From the NCBI GenBank assembly GCA_963990675.1, contig CAXDNN010000001.1:1-54984 (forward strand): a stretch of DNA of 54,984 bases, given 5' to 3'. The stretch's first letter is position 1, and each line of letters begins with the position of its first letter. This document shows, one piece after another, positions 29,668 through 39,030 of the stretch. Both the position numbers and the translations under genes were made by a program. Source of the stretch: an uncultured Synechococcus sp. GTDB taxonomy: Bacteria > Cyanobacteriota > Cyanobacteriia > PCC-6307 > Cyanobiaceae. The notes beneath the pieces are model-generated. The model saw only the letters and a list, made by a program, of their open reading frames with translations, did no database searches and was not told where the DNA came from.

Positions 29668-30911
29668 ACACAAGGATGGTGTTGCAACGGGTGGGTCGCT
29701 ATGGAGCCGTGGGACTTGTTGCCGCGGCCGTTCATGCCGGAATTCTGCTGTTGTTCAGCCAGTGGGTCTCCCTCAGCCTCGCCAACCCGATCGCCTTTCT
29801 CGCAGCCTCTCTCGCGGGTTATGTGGGCCATGCCTTGGTGACCTTTCGGGAGGAGACCGGTGGCCAACGCTTTGCCCGCCGCTGGCTGGTCCTCCAATAC
29901 GCGGTGAATCTGAGTGTTTGCGCCCTGCTGCCCTTGATCCTTGGGCCATGGGTACAACCCATCTTTCGTACCGCCGTTTTGGTGTTCACGCCCACGGTTC
30001 TCAATGCCCTGATTTGGAGCCGCGCTGCGCGGTTCAGCGCCCGACAACGGACTCAAGGCGGAACGCCACCGTTAATCCATGCCGATGACCTCGGCCTTAG
30101 CGCTGGAGTTGACCACGCCATTTTCGATCTCGTCCAATCAGGCCGCCTCGATGGGGCCAGCTTGTTGGTGAATGGGCCCACCGCCAAGACGGCCATCGAA
30201 ACCTGGCGACAACTGCCGAACCCTCCAGCGCTTTACCTCCATCTCTGCCTCACGGAAGGTCCGGAGGACTCCACCACTGTCGACCTACCGGCCAGCTTTG
30301 GACGCTTGCTCCTGGCGTCATGGTTGCCCTGGCAACGCCGCAGACTGAAACCACAAATTCGGCGCAGCCTCCACCAACAGATCAGTCGCTACAAGCAACT
30401 CACTGGAGCGAACGAAATTCATCTTGATGGCCATCAGCACGTCCATCTGATCCCGATGGTGCTGGACACCGTGCTGGGCCTGGCCCAGACCGAACAGGTG
30501 ACCTGGATCCGAACGACAGCGGAGCCCCTACCAACCAACCTGCCCCTCCACCTGTGGTGGGATTGCTTCCGCCAAGGCGGAGCATTGAAGTGGTTGGTGC
30601 TGCAGTGCCTCACTAGGCTCGCCAGACCGAAATTACGGAACGCCGATGTGGGCACAAACCGAAGTTTTGCCGGGGTGCTGTTCACCGGTCGGATGACAGG
30701 GAAAGCCTTGGAATGCTGCTGGCACGCCAACCACCGTCACGACACCTCCGAGAGCGGCTCGAGAGCGATGCTGCTGATCCACCCCGCCCAACCGGTTGGC
30801 AACGATGTTATGCAAGAACATCGATTCATTGAATCATTCGCGTTCTTCACATCACCTCAACGACAGCAAGAGTGGCAAGCGATAAAGAATTTAGCTGTTA
30901 ACTCAATTTAG
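29664..30911 (+). CDS. Fusion of a GtrA-like flippase domain and a YdjC/ChbG/HpnK-family deacetylase
   Basis: N-terminal 4-TM part (RYGAVG..ANPIAF..H..VTF), then HADDLG, LHLCLTEG, DGHQHVH, LIHP. Confidence 0.82.
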   Translation: MNTRMVLQRVGRYGAVGLVAAAVHAGILLLFSQWVSLSLANPIAFLAASLAGYVGHALVTFREETGGQRFARRWLVLQYAVNLSVCALLPLILGPWVQPIFRTAVLVFTPTVLNALIWSRAARFSARQRTQGGTPPLIHADDLGLSAGVDHAIFDLVQSGRLDGASLLVNGPTAKTAIETWRQLPNPPALYLHLCLTEGPEDSTTVDLPASFGRLLLASWLPWQRRRLKPQIRRSLHQQISRYKQLTGANEIHLDGHQHVHLIPMVLDTVLGLAQTEQVTWIRTTAEPLPTNLPLHLWWDCFRQGGALKWLVLQCLTRLARPKLRNADVGTNRSFAGVLFTGRMTGKALECCWHANHRHDTSESGSRAMLLIHPAQPVGNDVMQEHRFIESFAFFTSPQRQQEWQAIKNLAVNSI

Positions 30912-30984
30912 AATAAATATTATCCGCAAGATTGCAAGATTAAATTCTTGACAGAAGACTAAACAGGCTATTAGCACTCAATTT

Positions 30985-31527
30985 TTAGGGGTTTATTGCA
31001 ACAATTCTCATATCTCTTGGTTCCTTGAGTTTAAATTGAGCAGGCTCTTGACGAGCATTAATAAAACCAGCCTTGGTCACAACTTGTGCCAAGGAATCCG
31101 GCGTGTAAGCCCACTTATGGCACATCAATGGATCCTTCCAGGAGGGGTCTCCATACAAAGGCCACATCGACATCTGCCCTTCAGAACCGGGACCGCTTCG
31201 GATACCTGGATCTTTGACAATCATCTGACATGCAAACAGCAAGTTTGGACATTCCAAAATCAGTTGGCCTCCGGGCTTGAGAACTCGCCTCCAACATTGC
31301 AGCAAGGGAATCACTTCCCAATAATAAAAATGTTCAATCACATGAACAGCCAACACTTCATCCGCTATCGCTGCTTTGATCTTTTTAAGATCTCTTATAT
31401 CGGCTATAAAATCTGGACTTATCCCTACACGACTCGGGGCGGTATCAATATTGATATACCCCGGCAAAATCTTGTCGCCACAACCAAGATTAAATCTGAC
31501 AAGCGAGTTTTTTGATGCGGCCTGCAA
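30985..31527 (-). CDS. Small SAM-dependent methyltransferase-domain protein
   Basis: FNLGCG, NID, HVIEHF, RRVLKPGG.LILECPN. AT-richer than its flanks. Start codon uncertain. Confidence 0.78.
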   Translation of the reverse strand: MQAASKNSLVRFNLGCGDKILPGYINIDTAPSRVGISPDFIADIRDLKKIKAAIADEVLAVHVIEHFYYWEVIPLLQCWRRVLKPGGQLILECPNLLFACQMIVKDPGIRSGPGSEGQMSMWPLYGDPSWKDPLMCHKWAYTPDSLAQVVTKAGFINARQEPAQFKLKEPRDMRIVAINP

Positions 31528-31537
31528 GACAAGAGAA

Positions 31538-31551
31538 GTAGCTTATGCTAC
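31538..31551. promoter_or_regulatory. Candidate NtcA-type box GTAGC-N4-GCTAC
   Basis: GTAGCTTATGCTAC, intergenic, just upstream of the methyltransferase gene. Fits GTA-N8-TAC with an extended palindrome. Confidence 0.3.
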
Positions 31552-31598
31552 AGCTTAGCGTATATTTAATCACTTCTTGATGTGGTTTGGATAACCGT

Positions 31599-32534
31599 TC
31601 AGGACTTATGAACTGCGCGAACAAAATAATGTGGCCGTCGCTTGACATCGACATAAATCCGACCGATGTATTCCCCCAACACACCAATACCAATCAGCTG
31701 AAGTCCACCAAGAAACAAAATCGCCACAATTAATGAGGCATAGCCAGGCAAGTCCGCACCCAACACCAACGTGCGCAACACAATCAGGGCGGCGTAGACA
31801 AAGCTCAATAGAGAGATCAGCGCACCGATCACCCCCCACACTTTTAGGGGTCGCACCGAAAACGAAAAGATGCCATCCAAGGCATACCGCCAAAGCTTGA
31901 TCGAATTCCAGGAGGTCTGGCCCCCAACACGGGCCACCCGGCTGTAGGAAATCTCCACGCTGCGATAGCCCGTCCAGGGCATCAAACCCTTGGAAAAGCG
32001 CGTGGACTCACGCATTTGCGTGATTGCGGCCACCACTGGAGCGGACAGCAGCCGGAAATCACCCGCTCCTTCCTGCAACTGAATGGAATCCACCAATCGA
32101 TTGAACACCCGATAAAACCATGAGGCCGTTGCCACCTTCAGGCGAGATTCCTCATCACGGTCATCACGGACGGCGGTGACCACCTCAGCCCCTTCACGCC
32201 AGGCCGCCACCATCGCCGAAATCCGTTCTGGTGGATGTTGCAGATCTGAATCAATCAGCACCGCAGCAGCACACTCACCATCAACGTGGTCCAAACCGGC
32301 CAGCATCGCTGCCTCTTTTCCAAAGTTCCTTGTGAGCTCGACGAGCACAACACCAGCATCGGGATGCTGCGCTTGCCACTGACGAATCACAGCCACCGTG
32401 GCGTCGGACGAACCGTCATCTATTAAGAGCAGACGATCCACCTCCGGCAGCGCAGCAACTCGCTCGATAAAACGAGGAATCACCGTCTCTTCGTTGAAGC
32501 AGGCCGCGACGACCCAGAGAGCATTGCTATGCAT
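31599..32534 (-). CDS. GT2 polyprenyl-phosphate glycosyltransferase (GtrB/ArnC-like)
   Basis: CFNEE, IDDGSSD, LTRNFGKEAA, DSDLQHPP, AGDFRLL, two C-terminal TM helices ending LGEYIGRIY...RP.Y. Confidence 0.9.
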   Translation of the reverse strand: MHSNALWVVAACFNEETVIPRFIERVAALPEVDRLLLIDDGSSDATVAVIRQWQAQHPDAGVVLVELTRNFGKEAAMLAGLDHVDGECAAAVLIDSDLQHPPERISAMVAAWREGAEVVTAVRDDRDEESRLKVATASWFYRVFNRLVDSIQLQEGAGDFRLLSAPVVAAITQMRESTRFSKGLMPWTGYRSVEISYSRVARVGGQTSWNSIKLWRYALDGIFSFSVRPLKVWGVIGALISLLSFVYAALIVLRTLVLGADLPGYASLIVAILFLGGLQLIGIGVLGEYIGRIYVDVKRRPHYFVRAVHKS

Positions 32535-32615
32535 CACACGCCTCCGGTTTGGGCTGAACCGTAGGGCCACCCCGCTCAGTCATAGGCTCCAAGGGCTGAA
32601 GCGTGATCCACCGCC

Positions 32616-34040
32616 ATGGTCAAGTTCGAGAAGCTCACTGCCCCCAGCACAGGCACTGCGATCCGCTTCGAGAACGGTGCACCCGTGGTTGCCGACAATC
32701 CGATCATTCCATTTATCCGAGGTGATGGAACGGGGGTGGACATTTGGCCCGCCACCCAAAAAGTGCTCGATGCGGCTGTCGCGAAGGCCTATGGCGGGAT
32801 CAAATCCATTGAGTGGTTCAAGGTGTACGCCGGCGACGAAGCCTGTGACCTGTACGGCACGTACCAGTACCTCCCCGAAGACACCCTGGAGGCGATCCGC
32901 ACCTACGGCGTTGCGATCAAGGGGCCGCTCACCACACCCGTAGGTGGAGGCATCCGCTCCCTAAACGTGGCCCTGCGCCAAATTTTTGATCTCTATTGCT
33001 GTGTGCGGCCTTGCCGCTACTACGACGGCACCCCCAGCCCCCACAAGCGTCCCCAAGACCTGGACGTGATCGTTTACCGAGAAAACACGGAAGACATTTA
33101 TATGGGGATCGAGTGGGAAGCGGACGATACCGTTGGCCAAGAGCTGCGCCAATACCTCAACGACGTCGTAATCCCTGCCAATGGAAAGTTGGGCAAACGA
33201 CAAATCCCAGAAGGATCAGGCATCGGGATCAAACCCGTGAGCAAGCACGGCAGCCAGCGCCACATTCGTAAGGCGATCCAACATGCCTTACGGCTTGAGG
33301 GAAACAAGCGTCACGTCACCCTGGTGCACAAGGGCAACATCATGAAATTCACGGAAGGAGCCTTCCGTGACTGGGGCTACGAGCTCGCCACAACGGAGTT
33401 CCGTGATGTGTGCATCACTGAACGCGAGAGCTGGATCTTGGGCAATCTGGAGAAGGATTCAGGGCTGAGCGTGCAAGACAACGCCCGCATGATCGAGCCT
33501 GGATACGACAGCCTCACCCCCGAGAAACAGTCCGATCTTGATGGCGAAGTTCAGGCCGTGATCGATGCCATCGGCAGTAGCCATGGCCAGGGGAAGTGGA
33601 AGGAGATGGTGCTGGTTGACGACCGCATCGCCGACAGCATTTTTCAGCAGATTCAAACCCGACCCCAGGAGTATTCGATCCTGGCAACACTGAACTTGAA
33701 CGGGGACTACATCTCGGATGCAGCAGCAGCCATGGTGGGTGGATTGGGCATGGCACCGGGGGCGAACATCGGCGAAAAAGCGGCCATTTTTGAGGCGACG
33801 CATGGCACGGCACCGAAGCATGCGGGCCTCGATCGCATCAATCCGGGCTCAGTCATTCTTAGCGGCGTGATGATGCTCGAATTTTTGGGTTGGCAAGAGG
33901 CAGCCGATCTGATCACCAAGGGGCTGAGCGCCGCCATTGCCAATCAAGAAGTCACCTACGACCTCGCGCGCTTAATGGAACCTCAAGTGGATCCGGTGAG
34001 CTGCAGCGGTTTCGCTGATGCTGTGATCCGTCACTTTTAA
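32616..34040 (+). CDS. icd: NADP-dependent isocitrate dehydrogenase
   Basis: GDGTGVDI, IKGPLTTPVGGGIRSLNV, VHKGNIMKFTEG, NLNGDYISD, FEATHGTAPK. Confidence 0.97.
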   Translation: MVKFEKLTAPSTGTAIRFENGAPVVADNPIIPFIRGDGTGVDIWPATQKVLDAAVAKAYGGIKSIEWFKVYAGDEACDLYGTYQYLPEDTLEAIRTYGVAIKGPLTTPVGGGIRSLNVALRQIFDLYCCVRPCRYYDGTPSPHKRPQDLDVIVYRENTEDIYMGIEWEADDTVGQELRQYLNDVVIPANGKLGKRQIPEGSGIGIKPVSKHGSQRHIRKAIQHALRLEGNKRHVTLVHKGNIMKFTEGAFRDWGYELATTEFRDVCITERESWILGNLEKDSGLSVQDNARMIEPGYDSLTPEKQSDLDGEVQAVIDAIGSSHGQGKWKEMVLVDDRIADSIFQQIQTRPQEYSILATLNLNGDYISDAAAAMVGGLGMAPGANIGEKAAIFEATHGTAPKHAGLDRINPGSVILSGVMMLEFLGWQEAADLITKGLSAAIANQEVTYDLARLMEPQVDPVSCSGFADAVIRHF

Positions 34041-34065
34041 CCACTGAACCCTCATATCCGTACCC

Positions 34066-34242
34066 ATGTCGATGACATCTGCTGAACCATCACGTTCAGC
34101 AGATTCCTTTGATAGCGCCTCCACAACCCCATGCCGACCTGAAATCGATGATGTACGGGGCTTAGCGGTGCTGGCTGTGGTGATCAATCACCTCAATCAC
34201 AACTGGCTAGAAGGCAGCTTTCTTGGGGATGATCTGGGTTGA
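34066..34242 (+). pseudogene. Truncated remnant of an acyltransferase-3 (OafA-like O-acetyltransferase) gene
   Basis: 58-codon ORF, absent from the ORF track: MSMTSAEPSRSADSFDSASTTPCRPEIDDVRGLAVLAVVINHLNHNWLEGSFLGDDLG*. Resembles the family N-terminus RxxIDGLRxxAVxxVxxxH...GGxLGVDxFF and stops just before FFVISG. Confidence 0.7.
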
Positions 34243-34300
34243 ACAGTGAGCATGGTCATCCGGCAGGGCAGATCTGAGCCGAGGTGAGCAGACTGGATAC

Positions 34301-35665
34301 ATGCCTTCTGACGTGCCAACCCAGTTGCCAGGCTTACCCGCGGGGGCTGCGGATCCCTGCGTGCACTGCGGCTTCTGTCTGCCCACCTGCGCCAGCTATC
34401 GCGTCCTGGCCAGCGAGATGGACTCACCCCGCGGCCGAATCCATGCCTTGCGGGCGATCGAAGCCGGTGAACTGGAACTCGACGCCACCGTTGCGAGCCA
34501 CTTCGACACCTGTCTTGGTTGTTATGCCTGCGTGACGGCATGCCCCTCCGGCGTCCGTTACGACCAACTCATCGAAGCGACGCGCCCGAAACTGAACAAC
34601 GCCAAATTGCGCAGCAGCTGGCAGATCAGTTTTCGTCAGTTGCTACTGCAAGTGTTGCCCTACCCACGCCGGCTTCGGGCCCTGCTCCAACCGCTGCGGC
34701 TCTACGCCGGCACCCCGATTCAAACCCTCGCCCGCCGCAGTGGCCTAACTCGCTTGTTTGGCCCTGGCATCGAAGCGATGGAACAGCTGCTGCCCTCCCT
34801 CGCAGCCAATGCCTTCGACGACGCACTGCCAACGGTGAACCCTGCCATTGGCCCGAGCCGCGGCCGAGTAGCGCTACTTCTGGGCTGCGTCCAACGCTGC
34901 TTCGATCCCAGCGTGAGCACAGCAACGGTGAAGGTGTTGCAGGCCAACGGTTTTGAGGTGGTAATTCCACCTGATCAGGGCTGCTGCGGAGCGGTGAGCC
35001 ATCACCAGGGCGAATTGGAGCTCACCCGCCAACTCGCGACGGATCTCGTCCGGAGCATGAATGCCATCAACGGAGACTTGGATGCGGTGCTGGTAGCCGC
35101 CTCCGGCTGCGGCCACACGATGAAGGCCTACGGCGAGCTGTTGAACGGCAACGCTGCATTCCGGGCTCCTGTGCTGGATGTGCAGGAATTCTTGGCTGAC
35201 CGTGGCCTCCTGGAGACGTTTCGCGCACAGCTGCAACCTCTCCCTGGCGTTGTGGCGATGCATGACGCCTGCCACATGATTCACGGCCAGGGGATCCAGG
35301 CCCAGCCCCGCCAGCTGTTGCGGGCCATCCCCGGCATTCAGCTGCGAGAAGCGACCGAGGCGGGGGTCTGCTGCGGCAGTGCCGGTATCTACAACTTGGT
35401 GCAACCGGAAGAAGCCGCCGAACTGGGCCGGATCAAGGCCGATGACCTCAGCGGCACCGGCGCAGCATGGGTGGCCAGCGCCAACATCGGTTGCACCCTG
35501 CAATTGCGGCGGCACCTAGGCGATCGTGCTCGGGTGCAGCACCCAATGGAACTGCTGGCCGCTTCAGCCGGCCTCCATTCGCTGCCAGGCGTCCCGAAGG
35601 GTGTCGGCACGGCCGAGATTGCCGGGGAAGGTGAGAATCGGCAGACCACAGCAAGGACCTTCTGA
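34301..35665 (+). CDS. glcF: Glycolate oxidase/dehydrogenase Fe-S subunit
   Basis: Two CxxCxxCxxxC motifs, DSPRGRI, CCG domains (GCCGA, HDACH, CCGSAGIYN, SANIGC). Confidence 0.92.
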   Translation: MPSDVPTQLPGLPAGAADPCVHCGFCLPTCASYRVLASEMDSPRGRIHALRAIEAGELELDATVASHFDTCLGCYACVTACPSGVRYDQLIEATRPKLNNAKLRSSWQISFRQLLLQVLPYPRRLRALLQPLRLYAGTPIQTLARRSGLTRLFGPGIEAMEQLLPSLAANAFDDALPTVNPAIGPSRGRVALLLGCVQRCFDPSVSTATVKVLQANGFEVVIPPDQGCCGAVSHHQGELELTRQLATDLVRSMNAINGDLDAVLVAASGCGHTMKAYGELLNGNAAFRAPVLDVQEFLADRGLLETFRAQLQPLPGVVAMHDACHMIHGQGIQAQPRQLLRAIPGIQLREATEAGVCCGSAGIYNLVQPEEAAELGRIKADDLSGTGAAWVASANIGCTLQLRRHLGDRARVQHPMELLAASAGLHSLPGVPKGVGTAEIAGEGENRQTTARTF

Positions 35666-36910
35666 CGGGCGCACCAGCGATAGTCCCGGCAACAGCTGGC
35701 CTTCCAGCTGCACCGATTCGAGGACCAGGCCCCGGGCCAGCAGCGTCTGGGTGGTGATGCCTCCTTTGCTGATCAGATAGCCCAAATGGGGGGAGAGGGC
35801 GGCTGCCAATCGTCCCATCAACTCCGCCAAAACACAGGACAAGCGCCGGCCCTCGTGCTCAGAGGCGCAGCGCAGCTCACCACGGCTGGTGAACAGCACC
35901 GGTGTTCGGCCCGACTGGAGCAGGGCTTGAAGTTGCTCGCACCATTCCCGCTCCAAATCCGGCAACAAAAGGTCCGCCATTCCACCGTCCAATACCCGAG
36001 CAATGCGCCGCACAGGCAGTTCAAGGCCGATGCACCGGGGATCTGCCAGCAAGCACATGAGCTGCTGATCAGCCAGCGGAACATGGGAGCCCACCATCAC
36101 CAAACCAGGCAGCTCCTCCCCATTGGAGCCCCGTCGACGCAACTGGGCCAAACCATCTGAATCCAATGGCTGGGGACCTGGATCAGCCAGAGCCTTCACC
36201 ACACTGGCCGCTGAGCGGAACAGGAACCGTTTCTCACCCTGAAGGGCGCGCACAGCTGCAGCCAGGGCAGCCAACTGCGATTGATGCTCCGCATCCACCA
36301 CCACTGCGGCATTCCCTTGCAGGGCGGCCAAACGTTGGATCAATTGCGGCATTCCTCCCATGGAAGCCTGATCCAAGTCTTCGAGGCTGACTTTCACCAC
36401 ATCAGCCGCACGAATCGCACCAGCACTCTTCTCTTGCAGCCAGTTGGGTAGATCACTGGTGCTGAACCCAAACAAACGATCCTTCGCAAACGGAGTGGTG
36501 TGGACGGGCTCTCCATCGAGCAAATGCACACCGTTCACGGTGGTTCGCCCTCCCTCTAGGAACGCTGGCACGTGCAACGTGGCCGCAAACGGGCCAAAAC
36601 AACTCTCTAAGACAGCTGGCTCCACCACCCCATGGCCACGCAGGGTGGAATCACCGCGGCTAACAAGCTGGATCGCCGAGCGGTCGAGGCCTTCCTCCGA
36701 AAGAGCCGTTTCAAGGTTGGTGACGATTTCCCGGTTGCGTTGCGCTGCGGCATCTGGCGAAAGGGAACGCGTATCAGCCAACACAAACAGCAACGGCGAG
36801 CCATGGCGCAAACCACGGCGCAGGGCGTCCACATCCCAGCGCAGCAGCAACGGACAGCTATGCACCGTCTGCGAGCCGGTGGGGTCGTCGTCGATCACCA
36901 CAACCTTCAT
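35564..36910 (-). CDS. Four-carbon acid sugar kinase family protein (DUF1537)
   Basis: VVIDDDPTG.QTV, SRGDSTLRGH, PAF..GGR.T, VGSHV, KGGITT, FPGNLG. Confidence 0.87.
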   Translation of the reverse strand: MKVVVIDDDPTGSQTVHSCPLLLRWDVDALRRGLRHGSPLLFVLADTRSLSPDAAAQRNREIVTNLETALSEEGLDRSAIQLVSRGDSTLRGHGVVEPAVLESCFGPFAATLHVPAFLEGGRTTVNGVHLLDGEPVHTTPFAKDRLFGFSTSDLPNWLQEKSAGAIRAADVVKVSLEDLDQASMGGMPQLIQRLAALQGNAAVVVDAEHQSQLAALAAAVRALQGEKRFLFRSAASVVKALADPGPQPLDSDGLAQLRRRGSNGEELPGLVMVGSHVPLADQQLMCLLADPRCIGLELPVRRIARVLDGGMADLLLPDLEREWCEQLQALLQSGRTPVLFTSRGELRCASEHEGRRLSCVLAELMGRLAAALSPHLGYLISKGGITTQTLLARGLVLESVQLEGQLLPGLSLVRPSEGPCCGLPILTFPGNLGRADTLRDAWQRMEAG

Positions 36911-36924
36911 GGCACCATCGTGCC

Positions 36925-38124
36925 GTGAGCCATACCCCTGCAACCCGAGCGGAGCTGATCACCCTGGTGCGCCAGTGGCATCAAGACTCCACCCCCTGGA
37001 TCCCCAGTGGACAAGGAACACGTTTGGACTGGGGACCAGCTCTGGATCCAGACCATGCGGTGCTCAGCTGTCAGCACCTCAATCAGGTGATCGAGCATGC
37101 CGTGGACGATCTCACCATCACCGTGGAGGCAGGACTCCCCCTCGTGGACCTTCAACGTTTGCTGGCGGCACAGGAGCAGTGGCTGCCAGTGGACTGGCCC
37201 CGCGGTGGGGAACCGACCACAACTGGTGGATCGGACGATGGATCAGTGTCACGGGCAGGAAGCATTGGTGGGCTCGTGGCCCGTGGGCTGTCCGGTGGCC
37301 TGCGCCAACGACACCTAGGCATTCGCGATCAAATCATCGGGATTGGGCTACTGCGCAGTGATGGAACAGCTGCCAAAGCCGGCGGTCGCGTTGTGAAAAA
37401 TGTGGCTGGTTACGACCTGATGCGACTGCTCTGCGGCAGCTGGGGAAGCCTGGCGCTGATTACGGAGGTCACCCTGAGGGTGCAACCGATCCGCCCCGCC
37501 CATGCGGGCCTACTGCTGACGGGTGAGCTTGCCAATCTGGAACGCTTCCGGGCTGCGCTACTGCTCTCGACGCTCACTCCAGAACGCTGTGATTGGCAGT
37601 GCCCTGGGGATGGCAGCTGGGCACTGCGACTGGTGTTAAGCAGCGTGTCGGACCAAGCCGTGCTGGATCAGCTCACCCGGATTCAGGCCCTCGCCGCAGA
37701 GCATGGATTGCAGGCGGAACCCACACCATGCAGCTCACCTCTAGACGTGGCGATGCCCTGCCACAAGCCAAAGCAGTTACTGCGCCTGGTGCTCCCAGCC
37801 GCAACCTTGCATCAACTCATCGCCAGTGAGGCCATGGCCTCACTCACCGGTTGGTCTTGGGAGCTTGCCGCCGGAGCCGGCTGCGGTGATGGCTGGTGCA
37901 GCGTTGCTGCACCGACCTTCCAAATCGAAGCCCTACGTCGCCAAGTGGAATCCCTCGGGGGACAGCTGATGGTGCTGGTGCAAACCAGAGATCAACCATT
38001 GGTGGCCTGGAGGGATACACCAGCCCGACCGGTGATTGAAGCGGTCAAACGTCAGTTTGATCCACTTCAACAACTCAGCCGAGGACGCCTGCCGGGAGTT
38101 GATCAGCGTCAGACCAGGGCATAG
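36925..38124 (+). CDS. glcE: Glycolate oxidase/dehydrogenase FAD-binding subunit
   Basis: DLTITVEAG, GSIGG, GGRVVKNVAGYDL.RL..GSWGSL, KRQFDP. Confidence 0.88.
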   Translation: MSHTPATRAELITLVRQWHQDSTPWIPSGQGTRLDWGPALDPDHAVLSCQHLNQVIEHAVDDLTITVEAGLPLVDLQRLLAAQEQWLPVDWPRGGEPTTTGGSDDGSVSRAGSIGGLVARGLSGGLRQRHLGIRDQIIGIGLLRSDGTAAKAGGRVVKNVAGYDLMRLLCGSWGSLALITEVTLRVQPIRPAHAGLLLTGELANLERFRAALLLSTLTPERCDWQCPGDGSWALRLVLSSVSDQAVLDQLTRIQALAAEHGLQAEPTPCSSPLDVAMPCHKPKQLLRLVLPAATLHQLIASEAMASLTGWSWELAAGAGCGDGWCSVAAPTFQIEALRRQVESLGGQLMVLVQTRDQPLVAWRDTPARPVIEAVKRQFDPLQQLSRGRLPGVDQRQTRA

Positions 38125-38957
38125 CGACACGATAGGGTCTGCTCTCCCCCTGGGGGCAAGACCAATTTGCGGTCACCGCTCACCAGAGACTGACGCGGAC
38201 CGGTCCAGGGTTCAAGGCACACCATTTTGCGGGGAGGCTCCGTCCAAACCACGGTGAGATCCATCGGGTCTTGATGCTGAAGCTGGAGCTGCGCGCCCGT
38301 TGCATCGTCGATCAACGTGACAGGACCAGCTGGCTGGCACAAAAAGTCCACGCCCTCTGGAAGCCGTGTCAGCTGAGCAGCGGTCTCCGCATCGGCCATC
38401 TCGAGGTGATTCACGCAGCGGTCTGCCAAACCTGTCAAACGGGTTTGTGAGAGGTCGCTGATGTTGAAGTACGGATGCAAGCCAAAGCTGAAGGGCATCT
38501 CCGCAGAGCTGCGGTTCTGAATGGTGGTTGTGATCTCCAACGCCCCCGGCACTGGACGCACATCCATGGCGACCTCAAAAGCAAATGGATACGCCTGCAA
38601 GGTGGCCTCTGTGCTGGACAGGCTGAGCCGCACCCCTTGCTGGTCGTCCAGCACTTGCAATTTCCAGGGCAAATTTCGAGCAAAACCATGCTGCTGCAGC
38701 GTGTGGTCTTGACCATCAACCCGCAACAGATCCCCGGGCAAGTTGCCGCAGATCGGAAACAGCACAGGGATCCCGCCGCGAATGCTGTTTGCAGGATTGG
38801 CGTAACGCTCTTGGTCGAAATAAACGATCTCGCGCCCCTTGCAGCGCCACTCGCTCACGATGCCGCCACGTTCAGGAATGATCCGGAGGCGATCACCTGT
38901 TTCGGGATGCACAAACTCCCAGTGCGCGTAGGGCGCGGATTGCTGCGTCAGAGTCAT
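38109..38957 (-). CDS. Aldose 1-epimerase / galactose mutarotase family protein
   Basis: IRGGIPVLFP, QHGFAR, FGLHPYF, VCLEPW. Confidence 0.9.
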   Translation of the reverse strand: MTLTQQSAPYAHWEFVHPETGDRLRIIPERGGIVSEWRCKGREIVYFDQERYANPANSIRGGIPVLFPICGNLPGDLLRVDGQDHTLQQHGFARNLPWKLQVLDDQQGVRLSLSSTEATLQAYPFAFEVAMDVRPVPGALEITTTIQNRSSAEMPFSFGLHPYFNISDLSQTRLTGLADRCVNHLEMADAETAAQLTRLPEGVDFLCQPAGPVTLIDDATGAQLQLQHQDPMDLTVVWTEPPRKMVCLEPWTGPRQSLVSGDRKLVLPPGGEQTLSCRYALV

Positions 38958-39030
38958 CGGCGTCCGCCAAAACAGAGAGAGGTTGCACTGACCGGCCTAG
39001 CGCCGGGATGAGGCTTTGGCAGCAGATCTC

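Noticed and set aside
29664-30911. HpnK as evidence of hopanoid biosynthesis
   Set aside because: No squalene-hopene cyclase or other hpn genes in the window. The GtrA/GT2 context fits glycan modification better.
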